In this document: piece by piece, positions 39,563-51,510 of the stretch
Numbering within the stretch: position 1 is the first letter of the stretch
Layout: every line of letters begins with the position of its first letter
Source: Vicugna vicugna
Lineage: Eukaryota
NCBI GenBank assembly: GCA_013265495.1
Contig: MU058836.1
Location: forward strand, 310,001 to 374,000
Direction of reading: 5' to 3'
Length of the DNA: 64,000 bases
Program-made: the position numbers and the translations under genes
Notes under the pieces: model-generated
What the model saw: only the letters and a program-made list of their open reading frames with translations
The model's database searches: none
What the model was told of the DNA's origin: nothing

Positions 39563-41404
39563 TGACAAGAGTACTCTGGGAGAAAGCCAGGCCTCTCTCC
39601 TCTCCCCAGCTCTGCTCTGGAGGGGCAGACCGAGCTCCCGTAAGGGGTTAAGACCAAGAACCCACAGCTGGGCTGTAGGACAAGGAGCTGGCGCTTTCTG
39701 GAGAATGAGCAAAGGGAGAAACAGCCTTTGATCCCATGCTGAGATGTGTTTGGGGGGACCTTGCTCTTTTGGCCTCCTCTTCTTCCTTGGAAGGCGTCTC
39801 TGTCCTGTAGATCACTCCCCACACGGCCGCGAGATAAGAAGGCCTGGGCTCGCCCTTGCCCTCTGCCAACCGACTCCACTCACAGAAAGCCAACAGAAAA
39901 CCGAGGTTAGCCTGGAAGAAAGGAGCCTGGGCAGATGAGCAGCCAGCCCAACACAAGGGATCCTTCCAGCTGGCAGGTCATCCAACCCAATTCCTAACAG
40001 AGGAATTTGGAACAAAAGCCCAGGCCAAGAGGAAAATATGTTAAATCAGTACGCTGCTGTCGGTATAACTTTCCTTTGGACACAAATTCGTAGGCAGTGA
40101 CTGTGGATGGAAGTGGGTTTTCCTCTGTCCTGACAGAGAAGGATTCAATTGTCCTTGCAAGAGATGATTCAGGCCTTACCCAGGAACAGAAGCTGAGGGG
40201 ATGGGAAGTGGAGAGTAAATCCGATCAGCATCTCTGTGATAGAACCAGCTGGATTTGGAGCCCAGTTGGAGTGGGGGAGGAAGGCATTGTCATTGAAAGC
40301 ATGCCATGAAAGAGGGAGGGGGTAGGGGTCGGGGGGAGGGGGAGTGGACTTGGCAGAGAGTAGCCAGAAGATTTTCAGTTTGGAAGACTGGGCTTGAAAC
40401 TGGGTGTCTTCTGACATGAACAAGGACAGAAATATGGGAAGAAGAGCAGGTTTTATGGGGAGAGTAGTAAGTTATGTTTTGGGAGAAGTTTATGTCAGAG
40501 AAAATTCAAAGCAAAAGGACAAAGGTCTTATATTCTCCTCCCTTGAAGTGTCCCTATTTATTACGGAAGGAAGCAAATGATAAATCAATTTATTATCACA
40601 CATTTCTGGGCTGAGCACAAACTAAGGTAGCCCCCACTTCACATGTCAAATGCAAACGGCAACACTTAGACACTTAACTGGATTCTCCTGTTACCGTTTC
40701 ACTGAACTTCTCATAACAGAGCTCACAGCAACTGGGAGATATGGGGGTTATTGCTCCCCGTTTGCAGATGAAGAGCCTAGACACAAAGATTTTAAGAGGC
40801 TTGCCTGAAATCACATTTAGTTCTGGTACTCTTCACCACTGCCTGTTCTACCCTGAAGCCCCCTTTTATTAAACAAAGAGCCTGTGAAGTTGATCATGAG
40901 AAGAGGCTGGGGAGGGGGGAGGGGACCCAGGGAGGGGGCGAAGGTGCAGCGAGCACCAGCGGAGGAGGCCCAAGTGGAAGGTTCATGGAAATTGGAATAT
41001 TCCAGAAGTCAGGAGTAAGACATGTCTTTACTCAGCTCACATAACAGAATAAAATCGTGGAACATAAAATCTAGGCCATTAGAAAACATTTCCATAATCT
41101 GATGCTAGTTATGTTATGAAATACAACCCCAATGAAATCAATCTTACAGCTTAACAGTGACTCTGAAAAATCATTTCAGAAAGAGAAGGATAGTAAGGGA
41201 ATTAAAATGTTTTTTGCTTTGAACACTCTCGTATTTTCTAAGGCAGAAAAGGGTTTTCAACCATTTCTGAAGCATCTTAATTGACATAAATCATACACGT
41301 TTTAGCAATTTCAGTAAGGTTAGTATGGGAGTAATATTTTTATTGACAATTTCATGTAATCTTCTTGATGTAAAACAACTGAATCAGATTTTCTCCAGTA
41401 GACC

Positions 41405-41660
41405 CGTGCTGTGGAGAAAGAACTTTGGATTCAGAGAGGTTAGGATTTTAATTCAGGTTCTAACCACCTACTGATTTGGTAACTTCAAGTCGACAAGTTG
41501 TAGCAGGATTTATCTGAGCCTTGGTTTCATCATCCAGTAAGTAAAAATAACAGTAGCCACCTAACATAATGAATGTAAGGATTAAAAGAGAGAAAAATTT
41601 GTATAAAGCCCTGAGTCCAATGCCTGAGATATCAGAAGCTCAATGTATAGTAGCTAAGAT
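41405..41660 (+). mobile_element. MIR SINE
   Basis: TCTGAGCCTTGGTTTCATCATC...AGGATTAAAAGAG...GTATAAAGCCCTGAG. Confidence 0.7.
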
Positions 41661-41979
41661 GATGAAAGGGAATGAAGGAAAAATAACACTGTACGTCAGC
41701 TTTGAAAAGATGTAGTAATTTTTTAGGTCACTAGGGTAAAATTCTCTATGGAAGTTTCAACCTTTTAATGAAACACAATCTATACTTGCAAAATACACAT
41801 TTGGTTCTAACACTCATATTTTGGGTGAGCCTGAAAAAGACACCTTGTCTTCTTTGGCTCAGATTCTGCAAAACACCGGGATAAAAACACTGACTTCTGA
41901 CCTTTCCAGAAATATAGTGAATATATGCTTTCTACAGACTAGTCATGGTAAGAAGTTCCCTGTAACAGAAATCGGTCTT

Positions 41980-42730
41980 GTCTTCAGATAAACACATACA
42001 CACTCATAATCACGCAAACAAAACCAAACCGCTTCAGGCAGATAAGAGGAAAGCTTTTTTGGTCCAGGTTTTCAGAAAGGAAATGCGGTCCTATTTCTAG
42101 GGATTCCATTAAGGTACCTAGCAATGTACACTGTTGGGAAATTCTTCCTTACAAAGAAACCGATTGTATATTTCAAGTGTATTTCCTCATGTTCTCGCCT
42201 TAGCAGGGCTGAAGTACCATCGGTAGCCACCCTCTGAATAATACCTCTTTTAATATTAGAGGATTGATTACAGCTTCCTCTCACTCTTCAGGACAAGTCA
42301 TCCTAATGGCTTTAACCTCTGCGGAGCATGCCGGAGTGCCCTGATTCTATTGAAATGCTTGGCACCCCCACGGACCTTAATAAAATACTCCAGACAAACT
42401 GGCTGAGGGGTTGACTTTTGCCATAGATCTGATTTCCCAAACTTCTAAACATGCCTGTAGCTTTCCTGTCCAAGTTCAAATATAGTATAACACATCACAA
42501 GTGCTCAGAAGCAGGAAGTCCATCCCTAGATCTGGCACTGCAGTCCTGAGTGGAAAATACCATTTGTTTCCTTGAAAATCTACCCTTGGTAACTGGACAA
42601 AGGGGCGGGGTGGGGGGGAGGCAAAGGGTTAAAGCTACCGGGAAAGAGTCTTTACAGCCTACCAGCTCTCAGAGGACAGGGCAGGGTGATAGTGACTGGA
42701 AATCCTGGTGCTGTTCAACAGGAAGCTAGA
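41980..42730 (+). promoter_or_regulatory. Candidate haematopoietic-type promoter/enhancer
   Basis: AGATAA at 41986 and 42040 (the second abuts GAGGAA), CAGGAAGT at 42512, GC box GGGGCGGGG at 42602 and ACAGGAAG at 42718. Non-repetitive and directly upstream of the leader-like exon. Confidence 0.4.
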
Positions 42731-43019
42731 GGAAAGGTCTAAAGTTCTAATGGCCTCCTAATTAAGAGTTTCTTCACAGCAAGCTTGTAATCGGGAGTTG
42801 TCCTGCAGGACGGAGACAGGGAAAGGACAGCAGCAAATGGGAAAGCCACTTTTGCATTGAGAATTGGCCAGCCTAGAGGATGGAAGGCAGAAGACCTTTC
42901 CAACATGTTAAGAGCCAAAAGAGTACCTTTTAGTGTTTGTTTTGATTATATTTGCCTGTAACCCAGCAACTGGACCCAGATGCCAAGAGCCCAAAGAGAA
43001 CACTGCTGATGACTGGTGT

Positions 43020-43072
43020 ATGGAAAGAAAAAGAATTCCTTTTGTTTTCTTACTTTTATGGTTCTTCTCAAG
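43020..43072 (+). pseudogene. Signal-peptide-like first coding exon
   Basis: ATG at 43020 gives MERKRIPFVFLLLWFFS (basic n-region plus hydrophobic h-region) and ends at a consensus donor AAG|GTGAGT. Confidence 0.55.
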
Positions 43073-43699
43073 GTGAGTGAAGAGGGCTAGTCAGGACCTT
43101 TTGAAACTGTTTAGAACCCTCAATCATTTTTCTAACAACAGCCAGGATGATTTATAATGCCACATGTTCTCATTGGTGGCTTCCTCTTTTTTATTTTTGA
43201 AGACAAGACACAAGTGGGAAATGTGAATCCTGAGCCAGAGTTAAGCTGATCTTTTAAAGCAGCCAAATTAATTTTCCAGTCACCATCTCCCCCATCTTGA
43301 GGTTTCCTCCTTGAATCACTGAATTCTCCCCTTTACGAGGGTGATCATTGCTCTGTGTCACTCAGAACTTTGAGATTTCAAGAGCTCTACGTTGCTCAAT
43401 ATTTCAAGTTGCTTTTGCTAAACACATTCCCTTTCTCTTACTGAAAAAACAAAAGCAACATAGTCAATGTCTACAATTCATTAGAGCTATTATAAAATCA
43501 CACCAAAATGACCTGAGACAAAAATCACATTATTTCAATAGATACATGGAAAAAGGAGAATTCAAAACTAGGTCGTTGTTTATAATCTTTGCAACTAGGT
43601 AAGTCTTCCTTCTTCAAGCTAAATCGCTCTTAATTTAGTGTTTATTTTCTCTTGTTCTTAACTCTTTGGAAATTGGGAAGAGTATGTGTGTGTGGTGGT

Positions 43700-43860
43700 T
43701 TTATTTTTTTATTTACATTAATTTTGTGTATCTTTATTTTTTGGAGGGGGAGGAAATTAGGTTTATTTTTGTACTTGTTTTTAGTGGAGGTACTGGGGAT
43801 TGAATCCAGGATTTTAGGCATGCTGAGCACACCCTCTACCACTGAGCTATCCCTTCCCCC
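43700..43860 (-). mobile_element. tRNA-derived SINE (camelid Vic-1-like)
   Basis: Same family consensus on the minus strand. Confidence 0.9.
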
Positions 43861-44539
43861 GGTGGTTTTATTTTAATTTAACCATCATCACTCAAGCGTT
43901 TGGAAATAATCATTCATACAACCCTTAACCTCTTCTTTTCTAGATGAATTAGTCCAAATTCTTATGATTTCACCCTCTCCCATGGGTTTACTTGGTATGT
44001 TAGAAAACAACTTTGAATGAAAACAGTTTATTATTTCCTAGTTAATTCAAAGACTCCTAGAATTTCCCATGATATGTTGATTTCAATGGACAAATTATAA
44101 GTACATTTCATTTGGTTGACTATTTTGATGAATGGGATTTTTGAGTAATCAAACATTCATTATATATTGATATTCAAAAGCTTTGAAATATATCCAATAA
44201 TATAACTGTGTGCAACAGAATTTAACCACTCTGATGATTCAGATGGCATGTATGAATTCTGCATTACTTCAAAACAGTTTTTGAGTGTCCATTATGCAAC
44301 TTCACATTGGTAGCTTGAAATCAGTCATGATGGAAGTAGTTACAGCACAGTAAACAGTAAATTTTACAAAAAGACCCAGTTGTTCAATATTTAGTAGCGT
44401 ACCTAAGCTTCAGGGTCACTACTACAAGCATAACTATCAATTATCTATAAAATTCTAATTCTAAAATCTTTACCCTCAAATATACTGCAGCAAAGTAGAA
44501 AAGAAAGTAAATGAATAACCAAAGTCTGCAAGTTTCACT

Positions 44540-45120
44540 TATGCTGAAAGTTGCAAAAATGCAACTTGATTTTAATTATCATTAGTAATCATTTTCTAAA
44601 ATTTTAAAACAAACAAATCTTCCTCATTGAGTTAAATGTGAGCAAAACAATTATACATGCTGAAATGGCAATGTTTTAAATTGTATTAAAAAGTTTAAAG
44701 GAGTTTTACTACCTAAAGAATCCTTGAAAATTAGTAAGTAAGAGATATGTACCTCAATAGAAAATTTCACAAAGTAATTCAAATGGATACTAATTTTGAA
44801 AAAAAGAAAACTTCCATAGTATAAAGAGAAAATGAAATTTAAAAAGTAAGATTCTGTTTTATCTACAAAGATTGGCAAAGCTTGATTAAGAACATCCAAT
44901 GTTGGTACAAGTATAGAGAAACAAACATTCCTGCACCACTAGTGTGAATGTGAAATACCAAAAATTTTCTGGAGAAGTTAGTAATGTGTGTCAAAAGTCT
45001 TAGAAATATGTATACTCTACAACCCAGAAATCCTCTCTCCAATATTTTATCCTAAGAAAATAACCAGAGTTTTGAAACAACTAGTTATTCAACAGTATTA
45101 GATCGCTAAAGTAAATTAGA
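44540..45120 (+). mobile_element. Old L1M fragment
   Basis: ATCTACAAAGATTGGCAAAG...ACAACCCAGAAATCC...TTTATCCTAAG motifs. Confidence 0.6.
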
Positions 45121-45489
45121 TTATTAATTTTCCATTAAAGCAGTGATATTGCATTGAGTAGGTCATACAGCATTTCACATTTATGCAAAAAAACAGTAAA
45201 GGTCAAATAATAAGTCTGATGGCAACAATTTTAGGGAACCAAGTTCAGGGTGCATCTGAGACCAGCCTAGAACACAAAACTGACATAATCCATCTTGACT
45301 AAGAGCCTTTATTATCAAAAACAAAACAAATTGTAATAGTGTTGCTCTGTTCACTAAGGCTGGAACCACGCCCTGGGTCTTAAGGGTTCTGAATGCTCTT
45401 CATACTATACACAGTCTTTCTTTTTACAACAATGCCAATAAACAGTACGTTCGCCACCATTTTAACATGTTTATATTAAATGTTTTTAT

Positions 45490-46330
45490 AGATTATCACC
45501 ATGACCCGAGACAGTGCTATCACCATCTTGTGCTCATCACTTCAACACCCTTCTAATTTGTCTTATTGTCCCAACCCCTCCACAGTGCAGCACCACTCAC
45601 TCACCGCTCTTGAAGTTCAACTCCATCCTTAATGTAGCCTCCACGTTCAGGTTTACCCGGTTGGCTTCTAAATACCTCTCCGACTTTCTCCATCCCTCGC
45701 TCCAGTCCAGTATCCTTCTTTCAGCTTCTCCAGGGCCCAATGAACAGGCTCTTTGCATAAGATGCTCCCTGTGCAGCGAATGGGCTTTTCACCTCCATCC
45801 CCACCCCCAATCATCTCCTCCCCTTAATTCTTTTTTTTAATCTTTTTTTTTTTTTTCAAATCTCACTTCATTGTTGGTTTTTTTCCCCCTCAAAGAAATC
45901 TTTCTTGACCTCTCCAACTATTTGAGGCTCTCCCGAAACTTTCCTTCAGGGCCCCTGCTGTCCCACCTTCGTGAGAGTTCAGAAATGAGTCCCTCTTACA
46001 GGTGCCGGCAGGAAATAGTGGACCTTTGCCGGCTGGCGGTTCAGGCATCCCTCCCCCCGTTGGCCTGATGCTTTTAGGTGAGACCCAACCCGAACAGCTG
46101 TGGTGGTCCTGTCCTCCTTAACGCGTATCACAGCTGCCAATGTAACAGTTTTCATGTGGAGTCATTTTCCTTTCTACTCCCCCAGCCTCTCCGGTGCTGC
46201 TCACGGAGCGTAAACGCGGGTCAGAGAGGCAGTCTGCGTTTGTTTACCTAGATTTGTTTCCTGTGTTCCCATTGTCTCACGTATTGCCCGGCCCTGGCTT
46301 AACAGGTATTTACAAGTCAATGAATGAATC
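45490..46330 (+). mobile_element. L2 fragment
   Basis: Pyrimidine-rich L2 body ending AATGAATGAAT. Confidence 0.6.
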
Positions 46331-46411
46331 TAATCTTCCTCTTTGTCAGTGGTTACCGTTCTTTCCTCCCTCACCCTTTCCACTTCCACATTGTTAATAA
46401 TCCACACACAA

Positions 46412-46605
46412 AATTGTAGAATAGATCAACAAGATTACACTGTATAGCACAGGGAAATATACACAAAATGTTATGATAACTCACAGAGAAAAAAATGTGA
46501 CAATGAGTGTGTATGTGTCCATGAATGACTGAAAAATTGTGCTGAACACTGGAATTTGACACAACATTGTAAAATGATTACAAATCAATAAAAAATGTTA
46601 AAAAA
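46412..46605 (+). mobile_element. Young L1 3' fragment with perfect 14-bp TSD
   Basis: Flanked by AATCCACACACAAA at 46398 and 46606. Confidence 0.9.
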
Positions 46606-47385
46606 AATCCACACACAAAGATGATTTAAAAACAAAGAAAAAGATCATTGAAATTTACCAAAATTACACCAAGAATGGGAATATATTGAGATTCTCAAAA
46701 AATAAAGCGGGGGTGGGGAGGGGTGGACCACCATTTTCACAAGAGATTCAGCACATTCATTGTCATTACTCAGAGCCTCTTCATTTTTAACATGTCTTTA
46801 ATTTTTATTTTCTGCATTTTAAATGTGCAACCAAGAGTGGGATATTTAGAAAATGTAAGGATCAGGACGATCTCAGTCCAGCTTGGCAAATAATTTTAAA
46901 GCCCTTCTGAACTACCAAAAAAAGTGGGGAAGATTTATAAGAGAAATGACTAGGTCAAAATCATGGTAAGGAAGGGAGAGTCCTAAAAATAAAGCTTAGC
47001 AGACAATCACTACTGGTACTTACGATTGACTAGGGTTCGTGGAAGGCTGAAATCCAGCCTTGATCCTGAAAGATTTCAAATAAATATCAGACTCCATTGT
47101 TTGCATAAATATGGAGGAAAAAACCTGGATTTCTGCTTTAAACAAAGAATTAAAAGAAGACTGCTACATGTCTATAATTTTAGATATTTTCTAATTCTCT
47201 AAATAATTTCTCAGATTAGAAATCAAACAGTAATCGGTTAAGATAGGTGGAGAAAATACAAGGCGATGAGCACATATCGGTTTATGTAGAGAAGAAATAA
47301 AAATGGGACTTTGAGTCTTGGCTGAATTAAATAGATGCAAAATTGGTATTTTTGTCTTTTCCACTTTTTCTCTTGATTTTCTAAG

Positions 47386-47533
47386 GGTAGCGTACTGGTG
47401 GATGAAAATGGGGAAAAGGGCCAGTTCATGATTGGAAGGGAAATTCAGACTCCTTTTTATTCTAAATTCAAATCCTATTGGAAATATAACGTACCTGGGA
47501 AAGATTAGAATGCTTGTAGGAAATGTAATCAAG
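47386..47533 (+). pseudogene. Candidate exon: first half of a degenerate V-like Ig domain
   Basis: Long pyrimidine tract ending TTTTCTAAG| and donor AAG|GTAGGG. One frame reads GSVLVDENGEKGQFMIGREIQTPFYSKFKSYWKYNVPGKD*, with a C-strand-like YWK. No B-strand Cys is visible. Confidence 0.35.
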
Positions 47534-47834
47534 GTAGGGAAGGAAAAAAAAAACCCCACCGTATTGGCCTAAAGTGCTTTTAGATATGTATATAAACGTA
47601 TAAAATCAATTTAACTTAAACATTCTGATAGATATTCTCCAATGAATGGAGAAATTTGAGTAACTGGCAACTTTTGGAGATATTAGTAATGAGAGTGAAA
47701 AATAAGTCTTTTGTCTGATTACACAAGTTACAGCACATCTTGCATACGTTTATAGTCAGCTAAGATCATGCAGTGTTTGAGTGAGCAGGAGACTGGAGAT
47801 ACCGTAGGCCAACCTCCCCTGATTTACAGCTGGC

Positions 47835-48485
47835 TTATTACATCACTCACAGTATATGTGCTGAGTGCCTGATTTATGCCAGAAACTATGGTGGGTGCTG
47901 GGGAAACCACAGGGAACAAATCAGATTTCTTGATCTCAAAGAACTAGTTGAAGAAGAAGGATATTGTACACGTAAAGAAATGTGTAAAAAATAGATCAGA
48001 TGGTGCGAACAGAGATGGACTGTGTGCATGTGCATGCTCAGGTACATCTGTGTATGCATGTGTAAAGTGGATGTGACAGAGTGCCACGGGAAAGCAACTC
48101 AATAAAGTGACATTTGAGTAGACTTCTTGGTCAAGAGTATGTCCCTGAGGATGTATGACTGCAGAAAATTCCAGGGAGAGGGAAAAGCAAGTGCCAAGAA
48201 TCAAGTAAGAGAAAGGAGGCCAGTATGGCAAAAGCAGCCTAAACAAGAAAGAGGGTAACATAGTAGGAATTACAATCAAAAGGGTAGTGGACAAAGGTCC
48301 TATCAGATGCTAGAGTCCAAGATGATCCAGTATACTTTGGATTTTAATCTATGTGAGTCTGGATGCCATAGCATATCAGTCATGAGGTCTGGCAATGTCT
48401 GAAAAGGGCCACTCAGAATACACTGTAAGGGACCAAGGGTAGAAGCAGAGAGGTCCTTAGAAGGCAACTGAAATCATCCAGTCAA
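47835..48485 (-). mobile_element. L2 fragment
   Basis: GCTGAGTGCC...TGCCAG...GTGACATTTGAG...GAGGCCAGTATGGC...ATCATCCAGTCAAG. Confidence 0.65.
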
Positions 48486-48528
48486 GGGAGAGAGGGTTAT
48501 AGCTCAGTGGTAGCGCGCATGCTTAGCT
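48486..48528 (+). mobile_element. 3'-truncated tRNA-derived SINE fragment
   Basis: Only GGGTTATAGCTCAGTGGTAGCGCGCATGCTTAGC is present. Confidence 0.75.
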
Positions 48529-48569
48529 TATAATCAAGTTCATTGAAATTTCAATGGAAATGGTGAAAG

Positions 48570-48945
48570 ATGTGTTTCCCCAAAAGTAGACCCTGAGACG
48601 AGGCTTTGAGAGAGGACAATAGAAGATGTATGAATGAGCATGTAATTGCTCTGGGCAACTGGCTCAGTTGAATGGGAACCCTCTGGGGAAGCATGCAGAA
48701 CATCCTTCAGCATTGTTAAGAGGGTCAAGTTGGGATAGTTATTCACAGACTCACTGGTTGAGAATTTCATTTCTCAGGTTGCCCTGTGCATGTCCTGTCA
48801 TGCTAACAAGAGTCCCTAGGCAGGGAAACAGAGAAGCATGGGTACTTGAGGTAGGAAGCTGTCTGCATGCCCAAGAAATGTCCATCACAGGTAAACCTGC
48901 AGGTAAACCCTGAGGTGGACTGAGTGAATACGGGCATCTGCTCTT
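48570..48945. mobile_element. ERVL LTR (LTR16-like)
   Basis: TTTCCCCAAAAGTAGACCCTGAGACGAGG start. Confidence 0.55.
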
Positions 48946-49483
48946 GAAGACAATGCAAATGTGATTGTGGACCCACTGGTTCACACCACCTGGTGGCAGA
49001 TTGCCTGGACTTTGTTTCCTCTTAGATTGTGAACTAAGCCTCAGGCAAATGATCAAGTGATATTTTTTTAAGCACTTGCTAAATTGGGGAAACGTATACA
49101 GTGGGTAAGATTATTTTTAAACAATATTTTTCATGTCTTTTGAGTAATAAAATATGGCTTGATTAATATATGAAGGCATAACATTCTGCCTGTTTGTGTC
49201 TAAAAATATCTGGAAAATCTTCAAGTCTAGGAAATTGCTGAAACGCAACTCTTATAAGTAGCAATCTTTTCTTCTTTTTATTTTAAAATTTGTTACTTTG
49301 ATCAAACTAGTACCAAAAAGGATTTCATCCAGCTAAAATAAATATTAAGACTTTTGAGTGTGTTTTAATAGTGTACATGTCTATGTGAATATCTCATTAA
49401 AGTGAAATGATTCGTAAGTGCATCCTGTAAACTACTGTCATTAACCCAAGAAGCTACACTTGTCTGATAACCAATGAGTCTTT

Positions 49484-49656
49484 ATTAAATACCTTTTCCT
49501 TTTTTTTTTTCAAAAATTGTTTTATTTTTTGGTGGGGGGAGGTAATTAGGTTTACTGATTTATTTATTTTTAGAGGAGGTACTGGGGGTTGAGCCCAGGA
49601 CCTCGATGTATATTAAGCATGCGCTCTACCAGTTCAGCTATACCTTCCCCATCACA
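49484..49656 (-). mobile_element. tRNA-derived SINE with TSD
   Basis: Family consensus flanked by direct repeat ATGAGTCTTT (49474 and 49657). Confidence 0.9.
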
Positions 49657-49713
49657 TGAGTCTTTCTCAGATGATAGATACATGTCTTAGTAAGGTTTCT
49701 TAACTTTTCACAG

Positions 49714-49902
49714 GGAACTTCTCTACACGGATATGTCTTTAATTGGCCATGCAGACCATCTGAACTCCAGGTTCTCACTCAAGAGCTCAGCTATTCCACA
49801 CAAATAAAAAGCATGGCGACAAACGTCAATATTAACAGGGGGTTGGTTGAAGCACAAGCAGTACATCCTTTCCTCTAGGTTCCCTGGGTTGTCCTGGAAG
49901 AG
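49714..49902 (+). pseudogene. Candidate exon: second half of a degenerate V-like Ig domain
   Basis: Strong acceptor TTTCTTAACTTTTCACAG|G. Reads ELLYTDMSLIGHADHLNSRFSLK (E-strand-like FSLK), then after a frameshift GDKRQY* (DxxxY-like). The donor is uncertain (49878 or 49902). Confidence 0.35.
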
Positions 49903-49981
49903 GTCAGACCATGAGAAACACACCCATTTGGATGACGTTGCTTTTCTAGAACCGCTCTCAACCAATCAGTTGTCCCACCAG

Positions 49982-50221
49982 CCTCCTGAGAGGCTGCAGC
50001 TGACTCCACAGAAGTAATGCCTCTTTTATGTGTTTAAAAACAAACAAATAATTATTTTGCCTTTACCTGCTGAATTCCACGTCGCCAATCATGAGTCTTA
50101 CCTGTTTTGACCTTCCCCAGACACACGAAGGAGCCTAGTGTGCGCATGTCTGTATGCTAATCTAAGCATACATAATAATCTGTTTCTCATACTCTAGTAG
50201 ATCAGATACTAACTTAGCTAG
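49982..50221 (+). pseudogene. Candidate exon: degenerate C2-like Ig domain
   Basis: 240-nt phase1-phase1 segment, CCACCAG|...CTAG|GTGAGT. Reads EAADSTEVMPLLCV (Cys 50029), then in another frame SLTCFDLPQTHEGA followed by TA GTG TGC. Restoring one base gives HEGAYVC, the Ig F-strand GxYxC motif (Cys 50141). Confidence 0.55.
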
Positions 50222-50384
50222 GTGAGTTCATCCCTGATTGAACAATAATAGCAAAGGAGGATTGATTGATTAATCTATTCCGACTTGGCAGAGGTCACTA
50301 GTAACACAGTTCAAGACTCCCTCCTTTGCCTTGATCCTTCAAAGAAATCACAAAAACATTGGACTTGGGGGATTGAGAATTTTG

Positions 50385-51010
50385 TAAAGCTGGGAGAGAT
50401 ATCTCATAAGATGGAAAACGATATCAAGACTGAAAAATACTTTGACAGCCTGAAATGATAAACCATTTTTTAAAGAAGGGTATATTTACCAGGGATAGTA
50501 ATAAAGTTGTGATTTAAGAAATAAAAATTCGATTTCCTAAGTTCAAAGTTAAGGAGAAAACTAAGACCTGGGTAGAGTAATATTTGTTTAAGGGAAAAAA
50601 GCAAAGGGGTGCCAAATGATATTAAGGTGACAATATAAACATGATTGCAATCAAAAGCTAGACCCTCTAGTGCAAATATCAACTGAAGTTGATACCAAGC
50701 GAAAGTCAGTTAAACTTCCTCTGTACTATACCATAGCACTACAACACTGTTTTGGTTCAAAACCCTGTCTATTAAGGACAGTATCAGGTACACATCTGGA
50801 GAAAGAAAACTGAGATGGAGAGGCTCTGGAAATTTAGCAACAGTTGAAAGAACTGATGATGTTTAATGTAGAAAACAACAACAACAACAAAAATCAGTCA
50901 GAGATGGAGTGTTTTTTGGAAGGGCTAGAAGATGGATTGTTTTTAGACCTTTGGAGGGCTCTCTGGGAGAAGAGCAGGTGACATTCCATGCTCCTCCAAA
51001 GAGAAAAAGC
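50385..51010 (+). mobile_element. L3/CR1 LINE remnant (RT end)
   Basis: AAAGCTGGGAGAGAT...CTTTGACAGCCTGAAA...CAGGGATAG...AGTTGAAAGAACTGATGATGTTTA resembles the CR1/L3 consensus. Confidence 0.65.
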
Positions 51011-51229
51011 AAGATTATAAACTGTTTGAGTGTGGAAATCATGTCTTAAACATTTTTGTATTACTGGTAAGTCCAATTACATTGGAGTTATTTGATGCTC
51101 ACTGAGGTATGGAACTGATGCTACAGGAACCACACCACACAGGGAAGAATTGCCCAAGAAACAACAGCCTTTCAATGTATTTAGTTTCTTCCCATTGGAA
51201 GGGTCCCAACTGTGAAGACAGCAGGATGC

Positions 51230-51510
51230 AGTGGTTCCGATTAAGACCATGGACTCTGGTTTGAAAAGAAAAAAGAACATGGGCTCTGGGATTAGGATGA
51301 CCTGGGTTCAAATTTCAGCCCTGTGAATTAGCTGTGTGACCTCAGACAAATTACTTAACCTCTCTGGGTCTCAGTTTCTGCTCAGAAATTATGTATGATG
51401 GTAACTAGCTTTCAGTTTTGTTGTGATATTTAAGTTGAGACAATGTTTGTGAGGAGTTAGGATGGTGTCTGGAACAATGGTAAACACTCAATAAATCATA
51501 ATTATTATGC
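51230..51510 (+). mobile_element. MIR SINE
   Basis: CCTGGGTTCAAAT...AGCTGTGTGACCTCAGACAAATTACTTAACCTCTCTGGGTCTCAGTTTC. Confidence 0.8.

Noticed and set aside
47191..47559. 122-aa minus-strand ORF with an internal acceptor-like CTAATCTTTCCCAG
   Set aside because: No recognisable protein family and no upstream minus-strand exons. It lies antisense to a + strand candidate exon, so it is probably a chance frame, though not fully excluded.
50060..50105. Two minus-strand donor-like sites (CAG|GTAAGA, CAG|GTAAAG)
   Set aside because: No matching acceptor or exon chain; they fall inside the + strand Ig-like exon.
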